Under the pieces are notes generated by a model that ran no database searches, had not been told where the DNA came from, and saw nothing but the letters and a program-made list of their open reading frames with translations. Of a stretch of 64,000 bases of DNA, positions 11,998 through 24,040 are shown piece by piece. A program made the position numbers and the translations under genes. The stretch lies in NCBI GenBank assembly GCA_025594325.1, contig JANHCV010000005.1, positions 1,612,001-1,676,000 on the forward strand, in the 5' to 3' direction. The stretch is from Blastocladiella emersonii ATCC 22665. Taxonomy: Eukaryota; Fungi; Blastocladiomycota. Position 1 is the stretch's first letter. The number at the start of each line of letters is the position of its first letter.

Positions 11998-14900
11998 CTA
12001 GAGGGGTCGGGTACAATCAAGGAGGCAAATATTGGATGGATCAGGTGTGTCGGACCGGGGCAAATGGCAGGAGCATCGTCTTGGGAGATGGGGCTGCAGC
12101 AGCGCATAAACTTCGGCCGGGAAGTGCGGATCGGTGGTCGGGGCGGGCCGGCTTCCCGTCCCTGTGAGAATGGTGACGCAAAGTTCCGCGAATATGATCG
12201 CGTTGTCCCTCGTCTGGAACTTGACGGAGCCAACGGCGGAAGCGGAAAGCTGTGCGAGGGCCGCTGGAAACAGCGGTTGGGCGTGAGGGGCAAAGGCGAT
12301 GGCGCACTTGAGCGCCGGAATCGGCTCGATCCCTGGACCCGCGGGTGGGAGAAGAATGAGCTGCCGCGGAATCACAAGTCCAATGACAAGCCCGGATTCC
12401 TGCATAGAAACCTCGATGAGACGCGTGGTCGGGTCCGCGGCCAGATCAAAGATGGTCTTGATCGTCTCGATCGCGAAATGAACAGGTCGCCGAGATACAA
12501 GGTTTTGAAACATGTCGCCGATCCCAAGTCCCGCGATGCGTTTGAGCGCAAGTTGGATGGGAAGCTCGCTCGGGAGGAAAGTTCTCCCACGCCCAAACCT
12601 GGGCAGCGGGCGCACGAGCCCCGCCTGCCTGCGTGCAGCCCCGAGAATGCGCTTGAGAACGATTTGGACCGTGCGTGTGGCGCGCGAGACGTTGATACTT
12701 GCAATGGTCACGGGCGACGGCAACCACATCACCTGGGACTCGCTGCGGCCACGGTTGCAAATCATGAGCGCGACTGCACCGCGGCTAGGCGGTACCTCTG
12801 GCCCGACGGGCTGCTCAATCGTGGAGAAGCGTGCACGTGGCGGAATGGTAAGCGTAAGTTCGACGCGATCCATGTGATCAGCGGCGTGAGCGACCGGAAG
12901 AGTCAGCTTGTCCAGCACCGCGTCGTACGGGTCGCGAGCCGCAAAGATACCGCGAGCGGGACCAAGGAACGCGTTCGTTGGAACTGGAGTTGCCGTCAGC
13001 GAGGAAAGTGCTCGAGTGAGGGGGAGAGTTGGAGTAATCGCTGTGTCATGGCACATGCGTTTTAGTCCACTCTCGCTTCCCTTCTTCAAGGAAAACGGAA
13101 CGAGCTGCCCGCCAAGCAGCTCGCGAGTCGGACCACGGTCACCAAGGGTGGAGATGAAATCGCGATAAACGCCAAGCGAGGCGTTTTGAGCCAACTTGGC
13201 AACATCGTCAGTGAGGTAAAACTTGATGCGCACGCTTCGAGGTTCAAGTGGAAGCGTCTCGACATTGATGGAGTTGAGCTGGAGCGTTTTGCCATCAATC
13301 GCGATCTCGACGCTCAAGTACGAAGGGTGGAGAAAAGCACTGTTGCCAAGCGGGAGCGTTAATTCGAAACAGCTGCCTTGATGGGTTTTGCCGCTGTGGC
13401 CCACGCCGTAGAGGGCCAAGGTAACTTCGGTCTCGAGGCGAGTGCGAGGCATCGCTTCCAGAAGTATCGGCCAAAGCGTAATGGTGAAGCACTTGGACGG
13501 CGACCAAGTCGGAACAGCGCCCGAGTCCACGATGCGGCCGGCGGCGAGCGCGAACGAAACCAGCTTTGGCAGGACGGCGCCGGTGCTGTACGTACCAACT
13601 ACAATGCGCTCTCAGCGTCAGTGACCGTGCATGGCACATAGTTGACATGAAATAACCGCACGGAGCGTTGAGGGTGAGTCGAGTGTCGTGGCGCAGGTGA
13701 GGAGCGCATTAATGAGGAACGGGGACCGCCGAATCGAGATCGGAACAGTCGGCGCGGGAAGCTTGTAAAATCAAAAGTATTCAACGCGTTGGTGCACCGC
13801 ATCGCTGTACTGGACGTGGTTTGTGACGAGGTTAAGCCAGTGCCCGTCTTCGGGGAGCTCGAGCAAGCCAATCCCAAAAAGCGTTGCAAAAAAATTCAAT
13901 TGGGAGCCCCGTCGAGGAAGCCAAATATAAAGCGCGTGAGAGACCAACGGTCCCAGGAAGGGCCGACATTGACAGGATATGCGGGCGTTGCGGCGTGCAA
14001 GGCGCCGGCTTGAGAAGTGGCGAGGCGTGGACGAGCACGTTGAGCAGTCCGACCGAGTCCTGAAGACGGACCGTGTCAATGACGTCGAATCGCATCTTGG
14101 GGTCGGCGGCGAGTAATTCCATGAATCGGATAGCGTGGCCGACAGCAGCAGAAACTTGGTGCTGGGGCTGTGCGTCGCGGCCAAACGCTGCACGAAGAGC
14201 TGCAACCCGATCCCGGACCTCCTCGAACAAGCGCGCTTCCGGCGACTCGGAAGCCACGTAAACATCAAGCGACTCGAAGGGCAGCGCAGTAGTCTGAAAG
14301 GCATAATACACGGTTCCGTCGGCGCGCGTGAGAAGAAAGGTCGGATTGACAAGAAGCGCAGCGGTGCAGGCGGGGTCGATGGCAAACGTCTGGTCGGCGG
14401 CGAAGCGCTCGACGAGGCACGCGATGCGGCTATCGCGCGACCGCGTCAGATGTTCGCCAAATCGAGCTCGCATGCGCTCGGTGTAGAACTTGCCAAGTGT
14501 CGTGCTGTTCGTTTCGCGGACGACTGAGCTCCAGTGGGACTGCAACTGCACGTACCGTGCCCGTTGCTCGAACAGGGTGTCGAGAGACCAGTCGACGTTG
14601 AGCCATGACTGCCAGCAGTTGCGCACAGCAAGCAGAGTGTCCGTGTTGAAGAACGAGAGTGAAGCCGCGGACGAGGCGGTCCAGTCGCGATCGAGGCAGG
14701 CGCGCAGCTGACCGTTCCAGAAAGTGCGAGTTTCGGGCTCGAGGAGGAGCGAGTACCAGAGCTGAGCAACGTGCCGAGAAAGCGGCTCGCCGTCGTCCGA
14801 CTCGTGCTCGGTGACCGCGTGTAAGATGAGCAAATTCCGAGCGAGCGCCTCGGGGCGAATGTCGTTGATCAAGAAGTGAATCGCGCGCGTGTCATCCTTG

Positions 14901-15199
14901 GTGCGCGCATCGGCGACCGTCCGCGCAACGTCGCGGAGGTCGCAGCACGCTAGGGCGAGCACCTGTGTCGGCTCAGTCGTCGACGGGACGTCGTACATGA
15001 GAAGGTCTCGCGCGTGCGCCGGGCTATAGGGAGCGTATTCCTCGGACTGCTCGTGACAGGTGCGCGAACGACAGGTCAGGGGCGGCGGCGGGAGCTGCTC
15101 TCCTGAGGGCGGCCCCACGTCGTCGACAGGCGGCGGCGGCGCAGGTCCGCGGCCTTTGCCGGTAGTTACATTAGCTTTCGTCTTCTTCTTTGCTCCCAT
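11998..15199 (-). pseudogene. DUF4470-family paralog 1, disrupted
   Basis: ATG 15199 (MGAKKKTKAN). Aligns end to end with 15685-18771. Has a +1 frameshift in an A7 run (13888-13894), an in-frame TGA at 13771-13773, the shared phase-1 intron at 13599-13661, and a further frameshift near 12085 (the homologous tail MLLPFAPV is in another frame). Confidence 0.8.
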
Positions 15200-15684
15200 G
15201 GTTCTGTGAGGTGGGGAGCTGCGGTCGGAAACGCGGGCGCACCGGCCAAGTGCAGCCGAGTTTGCACCCGCTCGCAAGTCGCGTGGCGACCTGTCAAACA
15301 CATCAACTCGTCTCGCAGCGGCCGATGCGTCGATTTCGACACGACCGCGCCGGCCGCCAAACCAGCTCAACTCAACTCATAAAGGCCCAAGATTTAACAC
15401 TTCTCAGCGGGTACGCGAACGACGGTGATGCGGGAGCCGCTGACGCGTTCTTGAGCCTCGTGGAGCGCCGCGAACGCGAGCCCGAGAATCACGCGAAGAG
15501 AGACGCGCGCGTCCACGATGCTGGCCGGCTGATGCTGAACGCCCCATCCGTCTTCCACCGCGACTGCGAAAAGCACGAGCACGACGGTCCTTGCACACGC
15601 TTAACTTACGTAAACAGCGAACATGTATTAACTTCATAGCAAAACGCCCGAACACCGGAAACAGCACCACGGGACCCAAGAGCG

Positions 15685-18600
15685 CTAGATCGGGGTGAAG
15701 GGGAGGATCCGCAAGTCGATGAGGTTGGGTTGCAGGCGCGCGTAGAATTCGGGCGGGAAGCGAGAATCCAAGGGTGGGGCGGAGAGTGTTGGAGACCCAA
15801 AGGAAAAGAAGAGACAGATCTGATGAAAATGGTCGTCACTTGACTCAAATGTGAGCGACCGCACTGCAGCGGCAGGGAAGTGATCCCTCGCTGTCGAGAG
15901 TAAAATCGGAGGATCGGGGGTGGGTTTGTTGTACGACCCAAGATAGAACTTGGGCGCGTGAGCCAGGGAGCACTCGATGACCGGGATCGGCGCGAGCCCG
16001 GGACCCGCCGGCGGCGCAAGCGCCAGATTGTTGGGAATAATGACGGCGAGCACATCCTCGTCCCTGCTCGACTTGATCTCGATGAGCCGCGTGACCGGGT
16101 CGGCCGCCGAGGTAAACAAAGCCTTGAACAACTCAAGAGTAAGCTTGGCGAGAGCATGTTCTTCCGTCCCCGCGAAGGCATCACCAATCTCGGTGGAAAC
16201 AGTTTGATTGAGGGCAAGCTGCATCGGGAGATCAGTAACCCGACACTTCTTGATGCGCCCAACCCTGGGCGGCATACAAAAGATACCAGATTCAAAGTAG
16301 CCTCGACCAAGTGCCCGTTTGAGAACGACAAGAACTGAACGTTGGGCCCGCGAAACGACAACGTCAGACATGATCACACGCGACGGAAGGAAGTAGAGCA
16401 CTTCGACAACGCTGGTGCTGCCGACTGAGATCCCGGCAGCCCCAAAGGCTGCCCTCTCACCATTTGCCGAAGCTCGCTTGATGGCAGCATTGATCTCGCG
16501 CTTCGGAATGGCCAGAGTGAGCTCAATTCGATCAGGAAAGTCGGCAGCGTGCGTGACCGGGAGCAACACCGGGGTCTTTGGTGCACCCTTTGGCGGCTTG
16601 CGAGAAGCCAGAACGCCGCGAGCCAACGCGTGGAAGGTATTACATGGGACTCGCGTCACGACCGCTGACGAGAGCGGAACGGGCAGACCGCCAAGAAGCT
16701 CGCTCGGCTGAGCATGGACGCCTGGGACCACCACAAACTGGCGATGGAAGCTCACATTCGCGCCGGCGGCGAAGCGTCGCGCAAGGTGCTGCGACATGAA
16801 GAGCTTGACGAGCGCAACCCGCGAGTCGGATGGCGACAGCTCGAAGACGAGCGAACTGAATTGATAAGATTGATCGCGAGCCGTGACGATGGCCGTCAAG
16901 TACGACGGCGGCGGCGGCGTCCTGGCCGTCGCGTTGTCATCAAGTGGCAAGTTGAACTCAAAACAAACGTGCTGCTTGCCGTCACTCTTCTCTTCGAGGC
17001 CAAAGAGCGAAACAGCGTTCGACATCTCGACCTGGCTGCACGGCATCGAATCGAAAAGCTTCGTCCAGAATTCAGGTGGTAAGCTCGTTGAGGGCGAAGC
17101 GGCCTGCTTGGCCCCCGACCAAGTGAGCCGGCCCGCTGCAAGCGCAACCGCAATGAGCTTCGGGATAATCGCGCAGTTGCCGTAAGGAGCGGCTACAGCA
17201 GTTACTCGAGTGTCAGTGAGTCCGCCGCGGTTACTCGCCGTGAGCGAGGATGACATACCCGGCGGCGATGCGTCGAAGTGAGCTGCGCAACGGATGAGAG
17301 CTTCGCGAAGGAAGGGCGAGTTTGCAATTGAGATAGGAACTGTCGGGGACGCGAGCTGGGAGAAACTCAAGTACTGGACGCGCTGATGAACGGTTTCGTC
17401 GTGATCATAGAAATGGCTGACAAGGTTTATCCAGTCTCCGTCCGCAGGTTGCTCGAGAAGCCCAACACCAAAAAGCGTTTGGAACAACTCAGTGGGAAGT
17501 CCAGTCGCCGCATCCAGGTACGCTTTCTGGCCAGAAGCGATTTGAGCGGCGCGAGTCGAGTAGGTGAAAATAACTGGGCCCCCAGGCCCAAAGCGGTGTG
17601 AAGGCTTGAGGAGCGCGGTTGAGTGAACGAGGACGTTGAGCAGGCCGACCGAGTCCTGGAGGTTGTTCGTGTCCACAACGTCAAAGCGCTGTTCCGGGTC
17701 CGCTGCGAGCTGTTCCATGAAGCAAACCGCGTGGCCGACCGCGACCGACAGTTTGTGCCGAGGCCTCGCGTCGCGACCAAAGGCCGCATGAAGGGCCGTG
17801 GTCCAGTCCCAAACGTCGTCGAGCAAGCGCAAGTCGGGCGATTCGGTCGTGACGTTGATGTCGAGCGATTCGAACGGAAGAGCGAGATCCGGCACCGCGT
17901 AGTACACGGTGCCATTGGCGCGAGCGAGCAGGAAGGTCGGGTTGACAACTGCTGCCGAAACGGAGGCGGGGTTGACCGCAAAGGTGCGGTCGGTGGCGGG
18001 GCGCTCGGCCGTGCACGCGATCCGGCTCGCGCGCGCCCGCGCCAAGTGCTTGCCGAAGCGCGCCAGATTCCGCTCGACGTAGCCCTGCGCAAGGTGCTTC
18101 GCGGTGGCGTCGCGAATGGCCGGGTCCCAATGCGACTCGATGTACCGCGTCCGATGTTCGAGGAGCGTCTCGACGGACCAGCCGACGTTGAGCCACGAGC
18201 GCCAGCAGTGGCGTACGGCGCGCAGCGTCTCGTCGTCAAAGGTCGAGAGCGAAGCCGCGGAAGACTCGGCCCAGTCCACGTCGAGACAGGCACGCATATT
18301 GGCTTCCCAGAAAGCACGGGTTTCGGGCTCGAGGAACAGCGAGAACCAAAGCTGAGCAACGTGGCGCGCAAGAGACTCGTCGACCATGGCGCTCGTGGAG
18401 ACGGCGTGAAGGATGAGCAAGTTGCGCGCAAGCACCTCGGGGCGGATATCGTTGAGCAAGAAACGAAGGTCGGCGGCACCGAATTTCACTTGGTCGTCCT
18501 GCACAGTGCGCGCAAGGTCGCGAAGATCGCCGCAACCAACGACCAGGAGGCTGGCATGGCCGTAGTCATCGGGTGTGTACTTTCGGAACGATTCGCCACC

Positions 18601-18771
18601 AACGACGTAGTGGTACATCAATAGGTCTCGCGGATGAGCCGTGTTGCAGGGCCGAAAGACGTCCGACTGCTCGTCGCAGATGCGCGGACGGCAGGTCAGC
18701 ACTGGCGAGCCGAGCGTCCGGCTGTTGCCGGAAGTTCCATTAGCTTTCGTCTTCTTCTTCTTTGCAGCCAT
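15685..18771 (-). CDS. DUF4470-family protein paralog 2 (SAM-binding-like N-terminal domain, no MYND finger seen), intact
   Basis: 1028-codon ORF containing a stop-free 66-nt intron at 17193-17258 (GTATGT..CTGAC..TAG, phase 1); spliced length ~1006 aa. Motifs LLVVGCGDLRD, FLLNDIRPEVLARNLLIL and RFDVVDTNNLQD fit DUF4470. Confidence 0.8.
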   Translation of the reverse strand: MAAKKKKTKANGTSGNSRTLGSPVLTCRPRICDEQSDVFRPCNTAHPRDLLMYHYVVGGESFRKYTPDDYGHASLLVVGCGDLRDLARTVQDDQVKFGAADLRFLLNDIRPEVLARNLLILHAVSTSAMVDESLARHVAQLWFSLFLEPETRAFWEANMRACLDVDWAESSAASLSTFDDETLRAVRHCWRSWLNVGWSVETLLEHRTRYIESHWDPAIRDATAKHLAQGYVERNLARFGKHLARARASRIACTAERPATDRTFAVNPASVSAAVVNPTFLLARANGTVYYAVPDLALPFESLDINVTTESPDLRLLDDVWDWTTALHAAFGRDARPRHKLSVAVGHAVCFMEQLAADPEQRFDVVDTNNLQDSVGLLNVLVHSTALLKPSHRFGPGGPVIFTYSTRAAQIASGQKAYLDAATGLPTELFQTLFGVGLLEQPADGDWINLVSHFYDHDETVHQRVQYLSFSQLASPTVPISIANSPFLREALIRCAAHFDASPPGMSSSLTASNRGGLTDTRVTAVAAPYGNCAIIPKLIAVALAAGRLTWSGAKQAASPSTSLPPEFWTKLFDSMPCSQVEMSNAVSLFGLEEKSDGKQHVCFEFNLPLDDNATARTPPPPSYLTAIVTARDQSYQFSSLVFELSPSDSRVALVKLFMSQHLARRFAAGANVSFHRQFVVVPGVHAQPSELLGGLPVPLSSAVVTRVPCNTFHALARGVLASRKPPKGAPKTPVLLPVTHAADFPDRIELTLAIPKREINAAIKRASANGERAAFGAAGISVGSTSVVEVLYFLPSRVIMSDVVVSRAQRSVLVVLKRALGRGYFESGIFCMPPRVGRIKKCRVTDLPMQLALNQTVSTEIGDAFAGTEEHALAKLTLELFKALFTSAADPVTRLIEIKSSRDEDVLAVIIPNNLALAPPAGPGLAPIPVIECSLAHAPKFYLGSYNKPTPDPPILLSTARDHFPAAAVRSLTFESSDDHFHQICLFFSFGSPTLSAPPLDSRFPPEFYARLQPNLIDLRILPFTPI

Positions 18772-19831
18772 AGTTCATCGCGAGGGAGAGGAGAGGAGGT
18801 TGCAGCGTGCCGGCGAAGGCAAGCCGACGTGTCTCACGCTGTGGCTTGCTCCTGCCTGCCAAGCCCGTCAACTTGTCTCGCCGGGCGCGACGGACGCGTC
18901 GCGGGTGTTGAGCTCGCCTCGCTGATCAACATACGTTCTCGCGCCGTGGAGCGCCGCGGAGACGAGCGCGTGTCACGCGAGGCACACGACTGCGTAAAGT
19001 TCATTCGCGGTGAGAAATTTGTTCGTGCGGGCGCGGCGCGGACCGCCTTGAAGCGCGGTGACGAGTGGCTGGTTGCCGATGAGCACAAGCACGGTCCAGG
19101 CTGCTGTCGCGCGCAACGAGGCCACGAGCACGAACGAGACGGAAATCCACTGGCGGAACAGGCCGCCGACCTTGCGGATCGCCTCGGTGCATCCCGCGTG
19201 TAGAAACTGTACCGCCATGAGCGGCGCACTGCTGTTCGCGATGGCCGTGGTCCTATCCTGGGGCGCGGCCGCCGTCTTGTCGCTGGCGGTGCGCTTGAGC
19301 TGGAAGCTGGCGACAGTCGACGCGCGGTGGACCGTCTACTGTTACCGCTCTGCGCGTGCAGTCGACAGAGCCGTCCAAGGATCATCAAGTGATGATCTAG
19401 AAGCCCGCGAACGTGATTATGAAGCACGCGTCGCGATACCACGTGGGCAGGGCACAGGGCGCAGGAAGGGCCGGGGGTGGTTCCTGCCAGGGCAGCGATG
19501 GCCAGCGGTTGCACGCGTCTCAGTGGCCTGGATCCATCGCCCAGATGATCTGCGACGGAGTGACTGGCTCGCCGAGAAGCCGTCGTGGCTTGCTCGTTGC
19601 ACGGCAGCCCCGGTTCGCCGATACGGTGGGCTGAAACAGATCACTGCGGCGCCGCCTCCGCCTTCCCGTCATGGGTCTCTCCCATCCATCTTGATCCATC
19701 GACCGAGGACGAGGAACCAGGGACCGGGCGTCCGCCCACGACGATCCATGGCCGCGTCGACTACAAAAGTCCGGGGCCGCCCCGCGAGCCAACACCCGCA
19801 ACCACCGCACTTGCGCATCACACTTGCCACC

Positions 19832-21401
19832 ATGTCACCAAGAACACCTCAGCCCACCGCCAGCAGCTCGGACAAGAAGGTCACCGAGAGCGTGCTCGAG
19901 CAGTGCTCGCTCGGCAAGAGCCTCGGCGCGGTCCAGGGTGCCGCCCTAATCGCCGGGTACGTTAGCTTACTTGCACGGTCGTGCTATGAGCATTTGCTAA
20001 CGCTCCCCCGCCTCGCTCTCCAGCGGCATGATCGGAAGCGGTATCTTCACCAACCCGGGCAAGGTCGTCGGCATCATCGGCTCGGTCGGCCCGTCGCTGA
20101 TTCTATGGGTGTTCGGCGCCTTCGTCGCCTTCACGGGCGCGCTCAACTACGCCGAGCTGGGCTCGCGCATCACCGTGTCGGGCGGCGACGCGCCCTTCCT
20201 CGACGCGGCCTACCGCCGGCCACGCCGTTTCGTTGCGATCATGTACTCGTGGACCCGTGTTGTGCTCATCAACCCCGGCTACAACGCGAGTCTCGCCGTC
20301 ATGGCGGGCACGTACCTCGCCTCGGCGTTCCCCGCCACGTTCCCCGAGGACCCCAACGTCGCCGGCGGCGAGTACTACGCCAAGATGATCGGCGCGATCC
20401 TACTGGTGATCCAGACGCTCGCCTGCGTCCCGTCCAACAACCTCGCCGGCAACTTCATCACGTTCGTGACGGCCATCGCCGTGCTGTGCCTGCTCGCCTT
20501 CTCGACGACCGGCATGTTCGTGCTCTTTGGCGTCGCGCCGAGCGTGCGCCAGCTCGACAACTTCTCGGCCGCGCACCTCTTCGCGGGCACCACGACCAAC
20601 CCGGGCGACTGGGCCTCGGCGCTGTTCAAGGTGCTGTGGTCGCTTGATGGCTTCAGCTGCCTGGCGTCGTCGCTGAGCGAGCTCAAGGACCCCGAGCGCA
20701 ACGTGCGCCGGTCGACGGTCATGGGCATCAGCACGGTGTGCATCCTCTACATCCTCGCCAACATCTCGTATCTCGTCGTGCTCAACTTCGCCGACATGTC
20801 GACGCTCGGTTCCGGCATCGCGTCGCAGTGGGCGACCAACATGTTTGGCCCCACCGGCCAGGTCGTGGTCATGCTGCTCATCTTCCTGTGCGTCAGCTCG
20901 TGCTGCTTCGTGTCGCTCTTCGTCGCGTCCCGCGTTGGCCACGCGACGGGCGAGTCCGGCCTCATGTACCCGTCGCGCTTCTTCTCCAACGTCAACGCGC
21001 GGTTCGGCACCCCCGTCAACGCGCTGTTCTTCAACTTTGTCATGTCGATGCTGCTGCTCCTGATCCCGCAGGGCGACACGTTCTGGTTCATCATCGACCT
21101 CGTCTCGTACCCCGTCTGGGCCTTCTACGGCATCACGGCGCTCGGCCTGCTCGTCCTCAAGTACCGCGCAACGGGCAATGTGTTCAAGCGCGACCCGAAC
21201 TTCTCGGGCTTCCAGGTCTCGGCGTTCAGCCCGATCCTCATGGCCCTCGTGTCCACGTTCCTCGTCGTCTTTCCCTTCTTCCAGGAGGCGATGGTGCTGT
21301 CCTCGTCCCTCGCTTTGGCGTGCATCGCGCTCGGCGTGATCCCCTACTTTTTGCTCTCGCGCGCCGAGTCCCTGGCCGCGGCCTCCTCCACGACCCTGTA
21401 G
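19832..21401 (+). CDS. APC-superfamily amino acid permease (LAT/Mup1-like), ~500 aa
   Basis: Exons 19832-19956 and 20024-21401 (intron GTACGT..CTAAC..CAG). Motifs GMIGSGIFTNPG, ALNYAELGSRI..SGGDAPFL, ELKDPERN and FGTPVNAL; about 12 hydrophobic segments. Confidence 0.9.
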
Positions 21402-21778
21402 ATACTCCATTTTCGGCTAGAATACCAATACATACATGAACTCATTCGATAGTCAAAATCTTGCTCGACCCCGCTTACGCCGAGCTGAAACCGACTTTGA
21501 GTCGAGCACTCGTGACCCCGGTCTACCCCGCCCACGGTAGCGGGCTCGACACGCTCGGGTCGAACCTTACGGCGTATTTGGCCATGGGTATTCGATCGGC
21601 CTTCTTGTTTCCATGAAATTTTGATCGCATACCACCGTTCGAGCCAAACACAGTCCATCGTTTCTTCCACATCGACCAGCAAGGAACATTTTGGCGTTCG
21701 GCGTAGCGTAAAGCGAAACTGCGGTGCCCACTTCCTGAGCAACCTACCTCCGCACAAGAGATCCGAGTTCGCCCAACG

Positions 21779-21821
21779 GCTCTCGCGTCGCTCTCGCGTC
21801 GCTCTTGCGTCGCTCTTGCGT
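21779..21821. repeat. Tandem repeat, 11-bp unit GCTCTYGCGTC x ~4
   Basis: Read directly: gctctcgcgtc gctctcgcgtc gctcttgcgtc gctcttgcgt, intergenic. Confidence 0.85.
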
Positions 21822-22514
21822 GAGTTACGTGAAATGATCCTTAAGAGGTCAATCCGAGCAACAGGAACTCGAAAGCGTCAACAGGCGGCTGAGCGATTGC
21901 TGAGGAGACGCGTCTGAAACGCGAGACAGCGACGCGTCCGTCACGTGGGCGCCGCGAGACACTTTCCGCTTCGCGTTTCGCGTGGGATCGCCGTCCTGCC
22001 GAGCTCTCACCAAGCGATCTCGCGCGAGACTAGCTTCAAACCTGGTCCGACTGTGTGCATCGGGACGCTTCGGTGAGTTTCTATCATGGCGTCGACTCGA
22101 GGCTCGCGACTGGTCGGAGAGCTCCCTCCGCGGTCGTTGCGGGCGCCTTGAGGAGGGCGCCACGGAGAGCCGCACAGCGGGCACATCGAGTACAGCATGT
22201 CTCGACTAACATGCGGCAGGTGCGATGCAATCTTCAGCGAGCGGTGAGGGCGCGTGTGGTGTGCGCAGCCGAGGTCTCCCTCTTGGCCGCCTTATCTCTG
22301 GGCACCGGACACGGCGTGCGAACCGGCCTCGCTTCGAGCTGAAAACAAGAATCTGGACCGCTGGCCGTGTCCGCGAGCCTTCTTCAAGCCGACCCGAGCC
22401 CATCGCATTCTCTCTCTCCCTCACCATCCCCGCGCGCCTGCCTGACCTTGCTGGCGAAGGATCCGGCCGCCCGCTTACCTTCCCACCCTCGACCTCTCCC
22501 CGTAGAAACCCGCC

Positions 22515-23692
22515 ATGCAGCCGCTCCTCGAGTACCCGATCGAGGTGGTTCTCGCGGTGCTGTGGTTCCTCGACACGCGCGAGCGGGCGCGGTTCCGTCT
22601 CGCGTCGCGCGCGGCGGCGAAGCTGGTCGACGAGTCGACGTGCCTGTGGCGGTCGCTGTCCGTGTCGCTGGACGAAGAGTGGCGGCGGTGGCCGCAGGTG
22701 CACGGGGTGCTGGCCGCGCAGAGCTCGGCGATCCGCACCCTCGTCCTCGACAATGTGCGCGACGACGTGGTCAATGCGCTGTGGCCGCTCGCATCGCTGC
22801 TCGAGTGTACGCTTCACGCGTCGGCGCGTGATGGACGACGGCTCGATCTCACTCTCGTGCGTGCGTGTGTGTGTGTAGCCCTGACGCTGCGCGGCTGGCG
22901 CACGCTGTCAGACCACGCGTTCGCATCGCTCGACACGGTGACCCTCCCAAAACTGCGCCGCCTGTCGCTCGAGGAGTACACGAACACGTACTCGGCGCTG
23001 GGCTCCTCTTCCCTCGCACGCGTCGCGTGCGCGGCGCCGAACCTCGAGATCCTGCACGCGTGGTGCAACATGTACGTCGACCCGGCGCTGACGCGTAAGC
23101 TGGCGCGCGTGTGCCCGAAGCTGCGCCGCGTGTCGCTGTCGTCGCTGCGGTCGCACCGCGACGAGGACCTGGCCGCGCTCGCGGCGAGCATGCCGCTGCT
23201 CGAGTATTTCGCGGCCTCGCACATGGGCGAGATCACCGACGTCGGCATCATGGCGGTGGCCGACGCGGCGCCCCGGCTCGCGGTGCTCGCGATCCACGAC
23301 GCGCGAGGCGTCACGGACGTCGGCGTGCGGCACCTCGCGGAGCGGTGCACTGGGCTGCACACGGTCAAGATGTACGACTGCCCGAACGTGTCGCTCGGGA
23401 TCATGGAAGACGTACGCTCTCCCACTCGCACCGTGCTGGCCGCCACGCTGACCCTCCTCCTCGCGCGCAACTGTAGCTCGGGTTCGAGTCGGTGACCGAG
23501 ACCAAGGCGCTGCGCCACCGCCCGTGCTTCCGGCCGGGCCTGGGGCTTGGCTTCATCCGCGCGCCGGTGGCGGCCGGCCCGGCGGCGGCGCTGCTTAAGC
23601 CGCTGTCGCACGAGTGCTCGAGCGAGGCGCTGGACGTCGAGGCGGCGCAGCCCGCGTCGCCGACGGGCTCGCTGCTGCACATAGTCGCTTGA
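22515..23692 (+). CDS. F-box / LRR protein (FBXL-like), ~346 aa
   Basis: Exons 22515-22806, 22879-23411, 23477-23692. F-box LEYPIEVVLAVLWFLDTRERARFRLASR. Cys-containing LRRs (CPKLRRVSLS, ITDVGIMAVA, VTDVGVRHLAERC). Confidence 0.85.
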
Positions 23693-24040
23693 TCCACACA
23701 CCCCACCCCATCATCATTGTTGCAACTGATCCATACGCTATACATGACCCCTCTCCCTCTTCTTGAACATCACGTCCATGGCCACGGCCTGGGCCACGAC
23801 CGCGGCTCGGCATCCGATCAGCGCGCGCGTCACGTGGGCTTGTATATCCGATTGCTTGGGTGCGCGCGCCGAGCCGGCCCGGCCGCTGACCCTGCCCTTT
23901 GCTTCTCCCTCCCTCTCGGCTGTGACCCCTCGCCGAATGGATCTCTGGACCGCCTGCATGTAACTCGGAGGACCTACGACCCACTGCAACCTCACCCAGC
24001 CAGCCGACCGATCGAGCACACGACACCGCGCCCGCCCGCC

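Noticed and set aside
11251-13773. In-frame TGA at aligned positions (11251 for Trp; 13771), suggesting UGA recoding
   Set aside because: Both lie in copies with independent frameshifts, and intact genes here end in TGA (e.g. 28242, 38527, 44156).
19058-19830. 529-aa ORF 19058-20647 and an RNase H-like GH..GN..A..A string (GHEHERDGNPLAEQAADLA) near 19120-19180
   Set aside because: The long ORF is read-through across the permease 5' region and intron. The RNase H resemblance lacks the upstream catalytic Asp/Glu motifs and any RT or integrase context.
21344-21757. Minus-strand ORF with a kinase-like WYAIK string
   Set aside because: No other kinase motifs, non-coding codon usage, and overlap with the permease 3' end.
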